Notes under the pieces: model-generated
Databases searched by the model: none
What the model saw: the letters and a program-made list of their open reading frames with translations, nothing else
Told to the model about the DNA's origin: nothing
Origin: Vicugna vicugna
Taxonomy: Eukaryota
NCBI GenBank assembly: GCA_013265495.1
Contig: MU057801.1
Location: 2,820,765-2,884,764 of the forward strand
Direction: 5' to 3'
DNA: 64,000 nt
Program-made: the position numbers and the translations under genes
Part shown: positions 53,163 to 64,000 of the stretch, piece after piece
Numbering within the stretch: position 1 is the stretch's first letter
Layout: every line of letters begins with the position of its first letter

Positions 53163-53932
53163 GCAACGCTGCTGGTGTGCCCTGGGGGGAGGGTGCCATA
53201 GCTTCTGTCCCCTCAGACCCGCGGAGCCATCACTGGCGCTTCTCCCGATAAGAGAGGTGAGGAACAGCCACAGCCGCCACATCCTCCTGTGCGCCCCTGG
53301 CGGGGGCGGGGCCAAGACCAAGACCTGAATCCGCACCTGGGGGCTCTGCAACCTCCTGAGCAGGACTGAGATTTGATTACAGCCAGAGGCAGATAGGACC
53401 TTTCTGCCCTGGCACCTCAGAGAACTTGCACCACCAAGACAACGCGCTGGGTTTTGGCATGGAGCAGGGGCAGGGCTGTTCTGCTGTCTTCCGGAGCCCC
53501 CCCCATGGAGTGCCGATCCCAGGCGAAGCGATCAGCTGCACAGAGCAGCGGAGCAGCTGGCGCCTGGAGAAGGCAGGCAGCCACCCGCCTTCCTGGCAGG
53601 AGTGCAGCACCTGACCATGGTGCGGGAGGGGGCACGATCCACCCGCTGACCTCACCCGAGCGCAGCACCTTACTGCGGCATTGGGGAGGCGGTGACCTAC
53701 CTGCCCACTGTGCAAGAGGGCAGCACCTGAGTGCGGTGCTGCGAGAGGGCATGATCTGCTTGCTGATAGGCAATGGGAGCAGCACAAACAAGGGCACCAA
53801 TGGAGGGCCTCTGGAAACAGCAAGCTGAGTCCGCGAAACAGGGAGAAGACAGAAAAACTTCTTAATAAAATCATGAAGAGTGCACGGTCTCCAAGAGAAC
53901 ACATTCCTTTTTTTGTTTTTACCTTTTTTTTT

Positions 53933-54612
53933 AATCTGTTCTATTTTCTATCACCTTTTTAAACTTTATTTTTTAAAAAAATTGTATATGTCCACAGTTT
54001 TAATCCCTTTAAAATTTTTCTTTTAAAATCTTTTTCTTCTTATTATTTTTAAAAATCCACCTCATTTCACTTTTATTTCTCTTGGTTTTGATCTCCTGTT
54101 ATTGATTATACACAGGTTTCAAATATTGCTTTCTGATTTTTTCTCCTTTTCTAAAGGTTTTTTAAGACGTCTCAACTTGATTGCTATTCAGCTTCAACTT
54201 GCTCTTCTATTATTGATTATGCACTGTTTTCTAAGCTTCTTTTCTCCATTATTTTAAAATTCTCGTTTTATCTTTTTTAAAATCTGTTCTACTTTCTATT
54301 ACCTTTTAAAATTTTACTTTTCAAACAATTGTATATGTCCACAGTTTTAATCCCTTTTCAATTTCAAAAATACTTTTGCTATGATTGTTTTTAAAAACCA
54401 ACCTCATTACATTTTTATTTCTCTTGGTTTTGATCTCCTGTTACTGATTATACACAGATTTCAAATATTGTTTTTTGATCTTTTCTCCTTTTTTTTTTAA
54501 GGTTTTTAAAAGACGTCTCAACTCAATTTCTATTCTGCTTCAACTTGCTCTTCTATTATTCATTATACACTGTTTTCAAACATTTTTTCTCCCTTCTTTT
54601 AAAATTCTCTTT
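53933..54612 (+). repeat. T-rich tandem duplication (2 x ~348 bp) in the 3' part of the L1 5'UTR
   Basis: Units start aatctgttcta at 53933 and 54281; shared attgtatatgtccacagttttaatcccttt and ttttatttctcttggttttgatctcctgtta. Confidence 0.9.
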
Positions 54613-54717
54613 TTTGTAAGTTTTATTACTACATAGACTTTAGATAGATAAATAAATAAACTCCTTAAGGACCACAATAGATAACTGATACTCCATAAGC
54701 CACAGTGCCAGAGAGAT

Positions 54718-55612
54718 ATGAGCAATATGAAGCAGAGGAGCCACTCCCAATTAAAAGAGCAAGAGAAATCCCCTGAAAGAATGATCAATGAAACAGACAT
54801 GGATGGCCTACTAGATCAAGATTTCAAAAAGGGAGTGATCAAACTACTGAAGGAACTAAAAGAGATAGAGCTTAGAGATATATAAAATATGTCAAAAATG
54901 AAATTGAAGCTATAAAGAAGAGCCAAGTGGAATTGGTAAACTCTTTGCTGAGATGAGAACTGATCTAAAGGCTGTACAAAGCAGGCTAGATAATGCAGAG
55001 GAATGAATAAGGGACCTATAAGACAGGACAACAGGAAGCAACAATCAGAACCTGAGAGAAAAACAAATAAAAAACAATGAAAATATAAGGGACCTATGGG
55101 ATAATATAAAGTGTGCCAATCTATGCATAATAGGGGTTCCAGAAGGGGAAGAAAGAACAAAGGGGACTGAAAAGGTATTAGAAGAAATCACGACTGAAAA
55201 CATCCCAAACCTAAAGAAGGAATCAGATATCCAAGTACAGGAAGCTCAGAGGGTCCCAAACAGGAAGAACCCAAACAGACCCACACCAAGACGTATCGTA
55301 ATCAAGATGGCCAGAGTCAAGCATAAAGAAATGATTCTAAAGGCAGCAAGAGAAAAACAAAGAGTGAGTTACAAGGGAACCCCCATAAGGGTCTCAGCTG
55401 ATTTCTCTGCAAAAACACTACAGGCCAGAAGGGAGTGGCAAGATATATTCAAAGTCCTGAATGAAAAAAAGATGCAGCCTAGGATACTCTATCCAGCAAG
55501 GCTATCCTTTAGAATAGAAGGAGAGATAAAGAATTTCACAGACAAGCAAAAACTGGAAGAGTTTAGCAACACTAAACCCATGCTAAAAGAAATAGTGACA
55601 GGTCTACTCTAA
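54718..55612 (+). pseudogene. L1 ORF1 (RNA-binding protein), disrupted by frameshifts and stops
   Basis: C-terminal ILKAAREKQRVSYKGTPIRVSADFSAKTLQARREWQDIFKVLNEKKMQPRILYPARLSF; N-terminal half is broken; start codon approximate. Confidence 0.88.
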
Positions 55613-57159
55613 ATACAAAAGAAGCAGGATGCTACAAAAGCAAGAAACTCCTAACTGGAAAGGTGATGACTATCATGAATTACAAAAAGAATAAACACAA
55701 AATTGTAAAAGAAGAAATCTAAATCATTAAGAGTGGGAGAGGGAAGCAAGAAAATACAGAATACTTTTTTTTCTTTTTTAAATTTTTTGTTCTCAGTAGG
55801 ATGGGTTTGAGCTTACATTACTATCTGTTTCATACAAACAGTTTTAGTAATGGGTTAACAAACTTACAAAAAAGGGTAACCACAAGCCAAAAACTTACAA
55901 GCGAGTCACAAAAACTAAATAAAGATTATTTAAATCAAAGATTTTATTTACAAAGGAAAATTACCAAACCACAAAAGGAAGAAGAAAGGAACAAAGAGGA
56001 AATACCAAATCAACTGCAAAAATAAGTTCAAAATGGCAATAAACACACACCTATCATTAATTACTGTAAATGTTAATGGACTAAAAGCTCCAGTCAAAAG
56101 ACGCAGAGTGGCAGACTGGATAATAAAGCAAGAACCTTCAATATGCTGCATACAAGAGACCCACTTTAGGGAGGACACATACAGATTGAGAGTGAAAGGA
56201 TGGAAAAGGATATTCCATGCAAATGGAAAAGCCAAAAAAGCAGGTGTAGCAGTACTGATTTCAGACAAAATAGACTTTAAAACAAAGGCCATAAAGAAAG
56301 ACAAAGAAGGACATTTTATAATGATTAAAGGAGTAGTACAAGATGAGGATATTACACTCATTAATATATATGCACCCAATATAGGAGCACCTAAGTACAT
56401 AAAAAAATTACTAACAGAGATAAAAGGGGAAATTGATGGGAATACAATCATTGCCGGAGATTTTAACACCACGTTAACATCACTAGATATCTGATCTTCC
56501 AAACAGAAACTAAGTAAGACAACAGGGAAATTAAACAATACAACAAAAAAATTAGATTTGGTGGACATTTTCAGAGCATTACACCCTCCCAAAATAGGAT
56601 ATACATTCTTTTCAAGTGCACATGGACCATTTTCTAGGATTGATCATGTACCTGGGCACAAAAGAAGCCTCAACAATTTTAAGAAGATAGAAATTATCTC
56701 AAGCATCTTTACTGGCCACAATGCCATGAAACTAGAAATCAACTACAGACAAAGGAGGAAAAAAGGAAAGCATGGAGATTAAACAACATGCTATTAAGAA
56801 ACCAATGGGTCAACGATGAAATCAAAGTTGAAATTAAAAAATACCTTGGGACAAATGAAGATAAAAACACAACCACACAAAATTTATGGGATGCAGCAAA
56901 GGCAGTGCTAAGAGGGAAGTTTACAGTGATACAGGCCTTCCTCGAAACAGAAGAACAATCTCAAATAAATAATCTAATCCACCAGCTAAGCGAATTAGAA
57001 AAAGAAGAGCAAAAAAACCCAAAAGTCAGCAGAAGGAATGAAATAATAAAGATCATGGAGGAAATAAAATAGAGATTTAAAAAACAACAGAAAAAATCAA
57101 TCAAACCAAAAGCTGGTTTTTTGAAAGAGTAAATAAAATCCACAAACCTCTGGCCAAAC

Positions 57160-57755
57160 TCACAAAGAAGAAAAAAGAGAGAGCACAAATTAGCAAAATA
57201 AGAGAGGAAAATGGAGAAATTACAACAAATAACATAGAAATACAGACTATCATATGGGAATATTATGAAAAACTATATGAATCCAAACTGGATAACCTAG
57301 AGGAGATGGACAAGTTTCTAGAAACATACAGTCCACCAAGACTGAATCAAGAAGAAACTGACCACTTGAACAAACCGATCACTAGAAATGAAATTGAATT
57401 ACCAATAAAAAACCTCCTTACAGATAAAAGTCCAGGACCAGATGGCTTCACTGGGGATCACAAAGAAGAAAAAAGAGAGAGCACAAATTAGCAAAATAAG
57501 AAAGGAAAATGGAGAAATTACAACAAATAACATAGAAATACAGACTATCATATGGGAATATTATGAAAAACTATATGAATCCAAACTGGATAACCTAGAG
57601 GAGATGGACAAGTTTCTAGAAACATACAGTCCACCAAGACTGAATCAAGAAGAAACTGACCACTTGAACAAACCGATCACTAGAAATGAAATTGAATTAC
57701 CAATAAAAAACCTCCTTACAGATAAAAGTCCAGGACCAGATGGCTTCACTGGGGA
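57160..57755 (+). repeat. Near-identical 298-bp tandem duplication inside L1 ORF2
   Basis: 57160-57457 versus 57458-57755; I see a single difference (agagaggaaa vs agaaaggaaa). Confidence 0.95.
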
Positions 57756-58251
57756 ATTCTACCAAACATAAAAAGAAGAACTCATACCAGTCCTTCCCAA
57801 ACTCTTCCAGAAGACTGTAAAGGAGGGAATACTCCCAAACTCATTCTATGAAACCACCATCACCCTGATACCAAAACCAGGCAAAGACACCACCAAAAAA
57901 GAGAATTATAAGCCAGTATCACTGATGAATATAGATGCCAAAATCCTTACCAAAATATTAGCAAATAGAATCCAAAAACACATAAAAAAGATTATATATC
58001 ATGACCAAGTGGGGTTCATCCCAGGGACACAAGGGTGGTTCAACATATGCAAATCAATCAATGTAATACATCACATCAACAAGAGAAAGGACAAAAACCA
58101 CATGATCATCTCAATAGATGCAGAAAAAAGCATTTCATAAAATTCAACACTCACTTATGATAAAAACTCTCACCAAAGTGGGTATAGAGGAAACATATCT
58201 CAACATAATAAAAGCTATATATGGCAAACCTACAGCCAGCGTAGCACTCAA

Positions 58252-58691
58252 NNNNNNNNNNNNNNNNNNNNNNNNNNNNNNNNNNNNNNNNNNNNNNNNN
58301 NNNNNNNNNNNNNNNNNNNNNNNNNNNNNNNNNNNNNNNNNNNNNNNNNNNNNNNNNNNNNNNNNNNNNNNNNNNNNNNNNNNNNNNNNNNNNNNNNNNN
58401 NNNNNNNNNNNNNNNNNNNNNNNNNNNNNNNNNNNNNNNNNNNNNNNNNNNNNNNNNNNNNNNNNNNNNNNNNNNNNNNNNNNNNNNNNNNNNNNNNNNN
58501 NNNNNNNNNNNNNNNNNNNNNNNNNNNNNNNNNNNNNNNNNNNNNNNNNNNNNNNNNNNNNNNNNNNNNNNNNNNNNNNNNNNNNNNNNNNNNNNNNNNN
58601 NNNNNNNNNNNNNNNNNNNNNNNNNNNNNNNNNNNNNNNNNNNNNNNNNNNNNNNNNNNNNNNNNNNNNNNNNNNNNNNNNNNNNNNNNNN
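58252..58691. other. Assembly gap (440 N) inside the L1 RT domain
   Basis: Run of N. Confidence 1.
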
Positions 58692-60689
58692 NGAAATTAA
58701 AGATCCCCTTTCAAACAGCACCCAAAGTAATAAAATACCTAGGAATAAATCTAACCAAGGAGGTGAAAGATTTATACATGGAAAACTATAAAACACTGAT
58801 TAAGGAAAATAAAGAATACTTAAAAAAATGGAAAGATATCCCATGCTCCTGGATTGGAAGAATCAGTATTGTTAAAATGGTCACACTGCCCAAGGCAATC
58901 TACAGATGTAATGTAATCCCTATCAAATTACCCAGGACATATTTCACAGAACTAGAACAAATCATAATAAAACTTATGTGGAACCACAAAAGACCTAGAA
59001 TTGCCACACCATTACGGAAGAAAAAGATAGAGGCTGGAGGAATAACTCTCTCAGACTTCAGACAATACTACAGAGATACAGTCATCAAGACAGCATGGTA
59101 TTGGTACAAAACCAGACATATGGACCAATGGAACAGAATAGGGAGCCCAGAAATGAACCCACAAACTTTTGGTCAACTAATCTTTGACAAAGGAGGTAAG
59201 AATATATAATGGAATAAAGACAGTCTCTTTAGCAAATGGTGCTGGGAAAACCAGAGAGCAGCATGTAAATCAATGAAGCCAGGACACTCCCTTACACCAT
59301 ACACAAAAATTCAAAATGGATCGAAGACTTAAACATAAGACAAGATACAATAAGCCTCCTAGAACAAAATATAGGCAAAACAGTATCTGACATAGATCTC
59401 AAAAATGTTCTCCTAGGGCAGTCTACCCAAGCAATAGAAATAAAAGCAGGAATAAACAAATGGGACCTAATTAAACTTACAAGCTTCTGCACAGCAAAGG
59501 AAACCATAAGGAAAACAAAACGACAACCTACGGAACGGGAGAAAACTTTTGCAAATGAAACAGACAAAGGCTTCATCTCCAGAATATATAAGCAGCTCAT
59601 AAGACTTAATAAGAAAAAAACAAACAACTCAAACCAAAAATGGGCAAAAGACCTAAACAAGCAATTCTCCAAGGAAGACATACAAATGATCAATAGGCAC
59701 ATCAAAAAATGCTCAGTATCACTAATTATCAGAGAAATGCAAATGAAAACTACAATGAGGTATCACCTCACACCAGTCAGAATGGTCATCATTCAAAAAT
59801 CCACTAATAACAAATGCTGGAGAGGCTGTGGAGAGAAGGGAACCCTCCTACACCGCTGGTGGGAATGCAGGTTGGTGCAGCCACTGTGGAAAACAGTATG
59901 GAGATTCCTCAAGAGACTAGGAGTAGACTTACCGTATGACCCAGGAATCCCGCTCCTGGGCTTATATCCAGAAGGAACCCTACTTCAGGATGACACCTGC
60001 ACCCCAATGTTCATAGCAGCACTATTTACAATAGTCAAGACATGGAAATAGCCTAAATGTCCATCAACAGATGACTGGATAAAGAAGTGGTATATTTATA
60101 CAATGGAATACTATTCAGCCACAAAACCCAACAACATAACGCCATTTGCAGCAACATGGATGTTCCTGGAGAATGTCATTCTAAGTGAAGTAAGCCAGAA
60201 AGAGAAAGAAAAATACGAGATAGCTCATATGTGGAATCTAAAACAAAACAAAACAAAAAGAAAAAAACATAAATACAAAACAGAAACAGACTCAGAGACA
60301 CAGAATACAAACTTGTGGTCGCCAAGAGGGCGGGGGGTGGTAAGGGACAGACTGGGATTTCAAAATGTAGAATAGATAAACAAGATTATACCGTATAGCA
60401 CAGGGAAATATATACAAGATCTTGTGACAGCTCACAGCAAAAAAAAAAAAGTGTCAATGAATATATATATGTTCATGTATAACTGAAAAACTGTGCTCTA
60501 CACTGGAATTTGACACAACATTGTAAAATGACTATACCTCAACTAAAAAATGTAAAAAAAAAAAGAAATGAGAAAACTATGGAACTTTATAGTCAGGAGT
60601 ATGAAGCAAGATTTGGTATAATGATGAAATGTTATGTTCCTTTGTGGGAAGATTTAATATTTCAAGATGGCTTTTCTCCTTTTGATTTA

Positions 60690-62040
60690 TTATAAATGGA
60701 ATTGTTTTCTTAATTCATTTTGGATTGTTCATTGCAAATGTACAGAAATTGTTTTTGTATACTGATCTTGTATCTTGCAATCGTGCTGAACTTACGAGTT
60801 CTAAGAGTTTTTTAGGAGATTCTTTGGGATTTTCTAAACATATGATTATGTCATATACAAACAGAGATAGTATTACCTCTTCCTTCCCATCTGGATACCT
60901 TTTATCCCTTGCCTAATTGCCATGGTTAGAATCTCCAATACAATGTTGAGTAGAAGTTATAACCAAGTAAACATCCTTGATTTCTTATTCCTGCTTTAGG
61001 GGGAAAGTGTTTAGTCTTATGTATGACATTCACTGTGGGTTTTTCGTAGAAGTCCTTTAACAGGCTAAGGAAGTTCCCTTTTATTCTTGGTTTGTTGAGT
61101 GTTTTCATCATGAAAGAATGTTGGATTTTGTCACACCTTTTTTCCTTCATCTATTGAGATGATTATATGGTATATATGTCATTGATTGTTTTTGAAATGG
61201 TAAACCAACTCTGCACTCCTGCGATAAATCTCACTTGTTCATGATGTAAACTTTTTATATTTTGCTGGATTTGGTTTGCTACTGTTTTGTTGAAGAGTTC
61301 TGTGTCTACGTTCATAAGAGATGCTGTGTCTGTAGCTTTGTCTTCTTGTGGTATCTTCCCCTGGTTTTAGTATCAAGGTCATATGAACTTTATGGAATGG
61401 GTTGGGTCATGATTCCTCCTCTTCTGTTTTTGTGAGAGTTTGTGAAAAATTGATAATTCTTTAAATATTTGCCAGAATTTACAAGTGAAGCCATCTGTTC
61501 AGTTTCTGTTCATTAAGCCGGTTTCAATAGTCTGTGTATATTTCTAGCAATTTGTCCATTTCATCTAAATTATTAGCATACAATTGTTTATAGTATTCCC
61601 TTATGATCCTTTTTATTTCTGTAAGGTTAGTAGTAATGTCCCAATTTTCTTTTCTGATTTTAGCTATTGCACCTTCTTTCTCCCTTTTCTTTCTTGATCA
61701 TTCTAGTTAAAGGTTTGTCAATTTTGTTGATCTTTTCAAAGAACAATTTTTGGTTTTACTGATTTTCTCTATTGTTTTTCTATTCTTTATTAATTTCTGC
61801 TCTACTCATTATTTCCTTCTTTCTGCTGGTTTTAATTTGTTCTTTTTCCAACATTTTAAGGTAGAAGGCTAGCTTATTCATTTGAGACCTTTTTAAAACA
61901 TAGGCATGTACAGCTATAAATTTCTCTCTAAGTACTACTGCTTTAGCTACCTCCCATTAGTTTTGGTTTGAGGAGCTTCATTTTCATTCATCTTAAGGTA
62001 GTTTTAAATTTCCCTTGTGATTTCTTCTTTGAGTCATCAG
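60690..62040 (-). mobile_element. Old L1 ORF2 fragments on the - strand; boundaries approximate
   Basis: DKIQHSFMMKTLNKPRIKGNFLSLLKDFYEKPTVNVI on the - strand; T-rich + strand typical of antisense L1. Confidence 0.85.
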
Positions 62041-62785
62041 TTATAAGGTATCTATTCTCATGAAATTTTTAATGACCCCTAATAAAAGGGATGCAGCTTA
62101 AATATATTAAAAAAAAAAACACTAGTTACTAGCACTAATACTGGGATGTTAAAAACCATCTCTGTTAAGCAGTGTCCAAAATCCTCCTCAGGTGAAATTT
62201 ACTGAACTAATTTTAATATGCACTAAAGAGCTGAGACCTGCAGCCTGAAAATCTTGTTCTGAATGATCTCGGCATGAGGCAGGGCAGAAGGATGGAAGGA
62301 TCAGGGAGAAAGCAAGGAGCTGAAAGCTGCTCCTGGGGCATGGAAGGAGGAAATCTTACATAATAACATGCAGACTCAGATGCCACCAAGGACCAAGCAG
62401 GTAAGTGGTTTCTTCTTAGATCATGGGGAAAGCACACACTCTACCCAAAGGTGTATGTTTTTACTCTGAAGTAATCTTTATACCATTCTTCTGGGTTACT
62501 GGTTCCTACACTGCACACCCTAAGGAGGCTCCTGGAGTTGCTGCCTCACCCCTTGCAAGGGGTCAAAAGTGGTGTAGGCATCCAGGTCCAGGCACACTTC
62601 CAGCCCTGAGGTAACTAGCAGGCATGTGAGAACTTGAAGACCTGATGTTTTTTTCCCCTTACACATGCATTTAGATACTATCTGGGCCAGTATCTTTCTA
62701 TCTCTTTTGCTGTCTGACTCCAATAAGTATTTTTAAACTTTCTGTCTCTTGAAACAATTTTGAGTTCACATCTAAAATTTGTTAT

Positions 62786-62840
62786 TTGACACAACATTGT
62801 AAAATGACTATAATTCAATAAAAAATGTTAAAAAATAAAA
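62786..62840 (+). mobile_element. Extremely truncated (55 bp) young L1 tail
   Basis: ttgacacaacattgtaaaatgactata matches the 3' end of the full-length L1; perfect 13-bp TSD taaaatttgttat (62773-62785 and 62841-62853). Confidence 0.92.
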
Positions 62841-63659
62841 TAAAATTTGTTATAAGTTTAATTAGTTGCAGAGGGTGTAATTTTTGGTACATAGTAAATA
62901 CTGATGATTTTAAATGCACAACTCTCTTAAATGTATGGAACAGAATCAAAATACCACAGTGACTTAACACCTACCGTCACTCATTTTGAAAATACAGGAA
63001 TACGCTACAATTAGGTTAGAAACCATTTGTGGTTCCTTTTTCTCCTTGAAAATGAATTCCCATTTTACTTTCCAAACAGAATGCTATCCTGATATAGTAT
63101 GCTATGCTTCAGACTGTTTGTTGATAGTCCTGCCATGTCCCTCCTGAACAAAAACTAGAAATGGAAAAATTTATGTATCTGTAGCAACAAGGCTCTACAT
63201 TAAAAATGTTTTCTTCTGGACTGAGTTATCATTATAATTGTCATACACATTAATCAAAATGACAAGTATGTTATATTTTTGGTAAGTTAATATTAAGCAT
63301 TAAAAAGTAAACTTTTATTGAAAATGCATTTCTGAATGAGTTGGATTCCACTACTTTTCCAAATGCATCATGTCTCTCTCTACATATTACTCACTGATAG
63401 AAAACAGAGAAGAGTTAGCATGAATTCCATGTCTGCTCTTGGGTTTTAAAGATGTAAGTACTGAGAACCTGTTCACAACAGTAACAGGGAATGGAAGTTC
63501 ACTGGTATCACCACTTCTCCAGGGTTATAATGCCAAATATCACATACTGAAAAAAACTTAAATTTTTAATGAGCTAGCTCAACTGAGCCCTTGTTCATTT
63601 TCGCTGACAGCTAAGAATTTGACACCACCTGACTTGCAAAATAATTTTTATGCAGTCAC

Positions 63660-63870
63660 GAGACATTCACTTCCTCAGTTTTTCCACTTTTACCGAGAAC
63701 CGAGCCCTCTTCTCCACTGTGCTAAGTCATCACCTCGCCTTGATATCTGGTCAAGTCTCTCACCCCACCCCCACCTTTGAGGTCTAAACCCTGGACCTGC
63801 CTTTAGCAAGGGTCCCCTACCCTTAATGTCTCTTCTTGGTAATTTTCCATCTGCTCTATCTGTTGTCTAT
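63660..63870 (+). mobile_element. Possible old ERV1 LTR remnant (MER34/MER39-like)
   Basis: cccctacccttaatgtctcttcttggtaattttccatc resembles the recalled consensus; ends not identified. Confidence 0.4.
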
Positions 63871-64000
63871 ACATCCTGAGCTATCTCTTCACAAGGCGTC
63901 CAGACAGGCCTGTACAGGGAACTGACCTTCCATGGCTCCCTCTGCCCACGCTGCCAGGCCCTGTCCTTCCCACCCCAGCTCCCACCTCCCTGCAGTCACT

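Larger units (their letters stand above)
56033..60241 (+). pseudogene. L1 ORF2 (endonuclease / reverse transcriptase), multiply disrupted
   Basis: APE endonuclease motifs [40 protein letters not shown] motif [19 protein letters not shown]; several in-frame stops (e.g. TGA 56492-56494, TAG 60049-60051). Confidence 0.93.
52578..60562 (+). mobile_element. Full-length but inactivated LINE-1 (~8 kb) in ABHD12 intron 1, antisense to the gene
   Basis: Perfect 15-bp TSD aagaaatgagaaaac (52563-52577 and 60563-60577); G-rich start with YY1-type caagatggc; GC-rich 5'UTR; ORF1; ORF2; 3'UTR; poly(A). Confidence 0.97.

Noticed and set aside
58118..59209. 363-aa ORF across the L1 RT domain suggesting an intact reverse transcriptase
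   Set aside because: About 147 codons are N; the flanking ORF2 has multiple stops and frameshifts

Overview
Mammalian genomic DNA, probably from a camelid (a tRNA-Ala-derived vic-1-like SINE is present). It contains the convergent PYGB-ABHD12 gene pair. PYGB (brain glycogen phosphorylase) coding exons 5-20 lie on the + strand (2289-17962; 2004 nt, open to the TAG). ABHD12 (lysophosphatidylserine lipase) coding exons 2-13 lie on the - strand (42356 down to 23083; 1006 nt, open to the TGA). The rest of the window is ABHD12 intron 1. It is packed with transposable elements: an ~8 kb degenerate full-length L1 with a 15-bp TSD and a 440-N gap, truncated L1s, a solo LTR, a SINE and old DNA transposons. 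Most entries in the six-frame ORF track are spurious GC-rich frames. I find no convincing novel biological system. The best second-look items are: a GC-AG donor in ABHD12 intron 9 followed by an in-frame stop and AATAAA; a tandem triplication of the PYGB exon 14 3' end; back-to-back poly(A) signals between the genes; AT-to-GC erosion of dead repeats; and a near-identical 298-bp duplication in the L1. Exon numbering and repeat family names come from recalled human orthologues and consensus sequences, not from searches.
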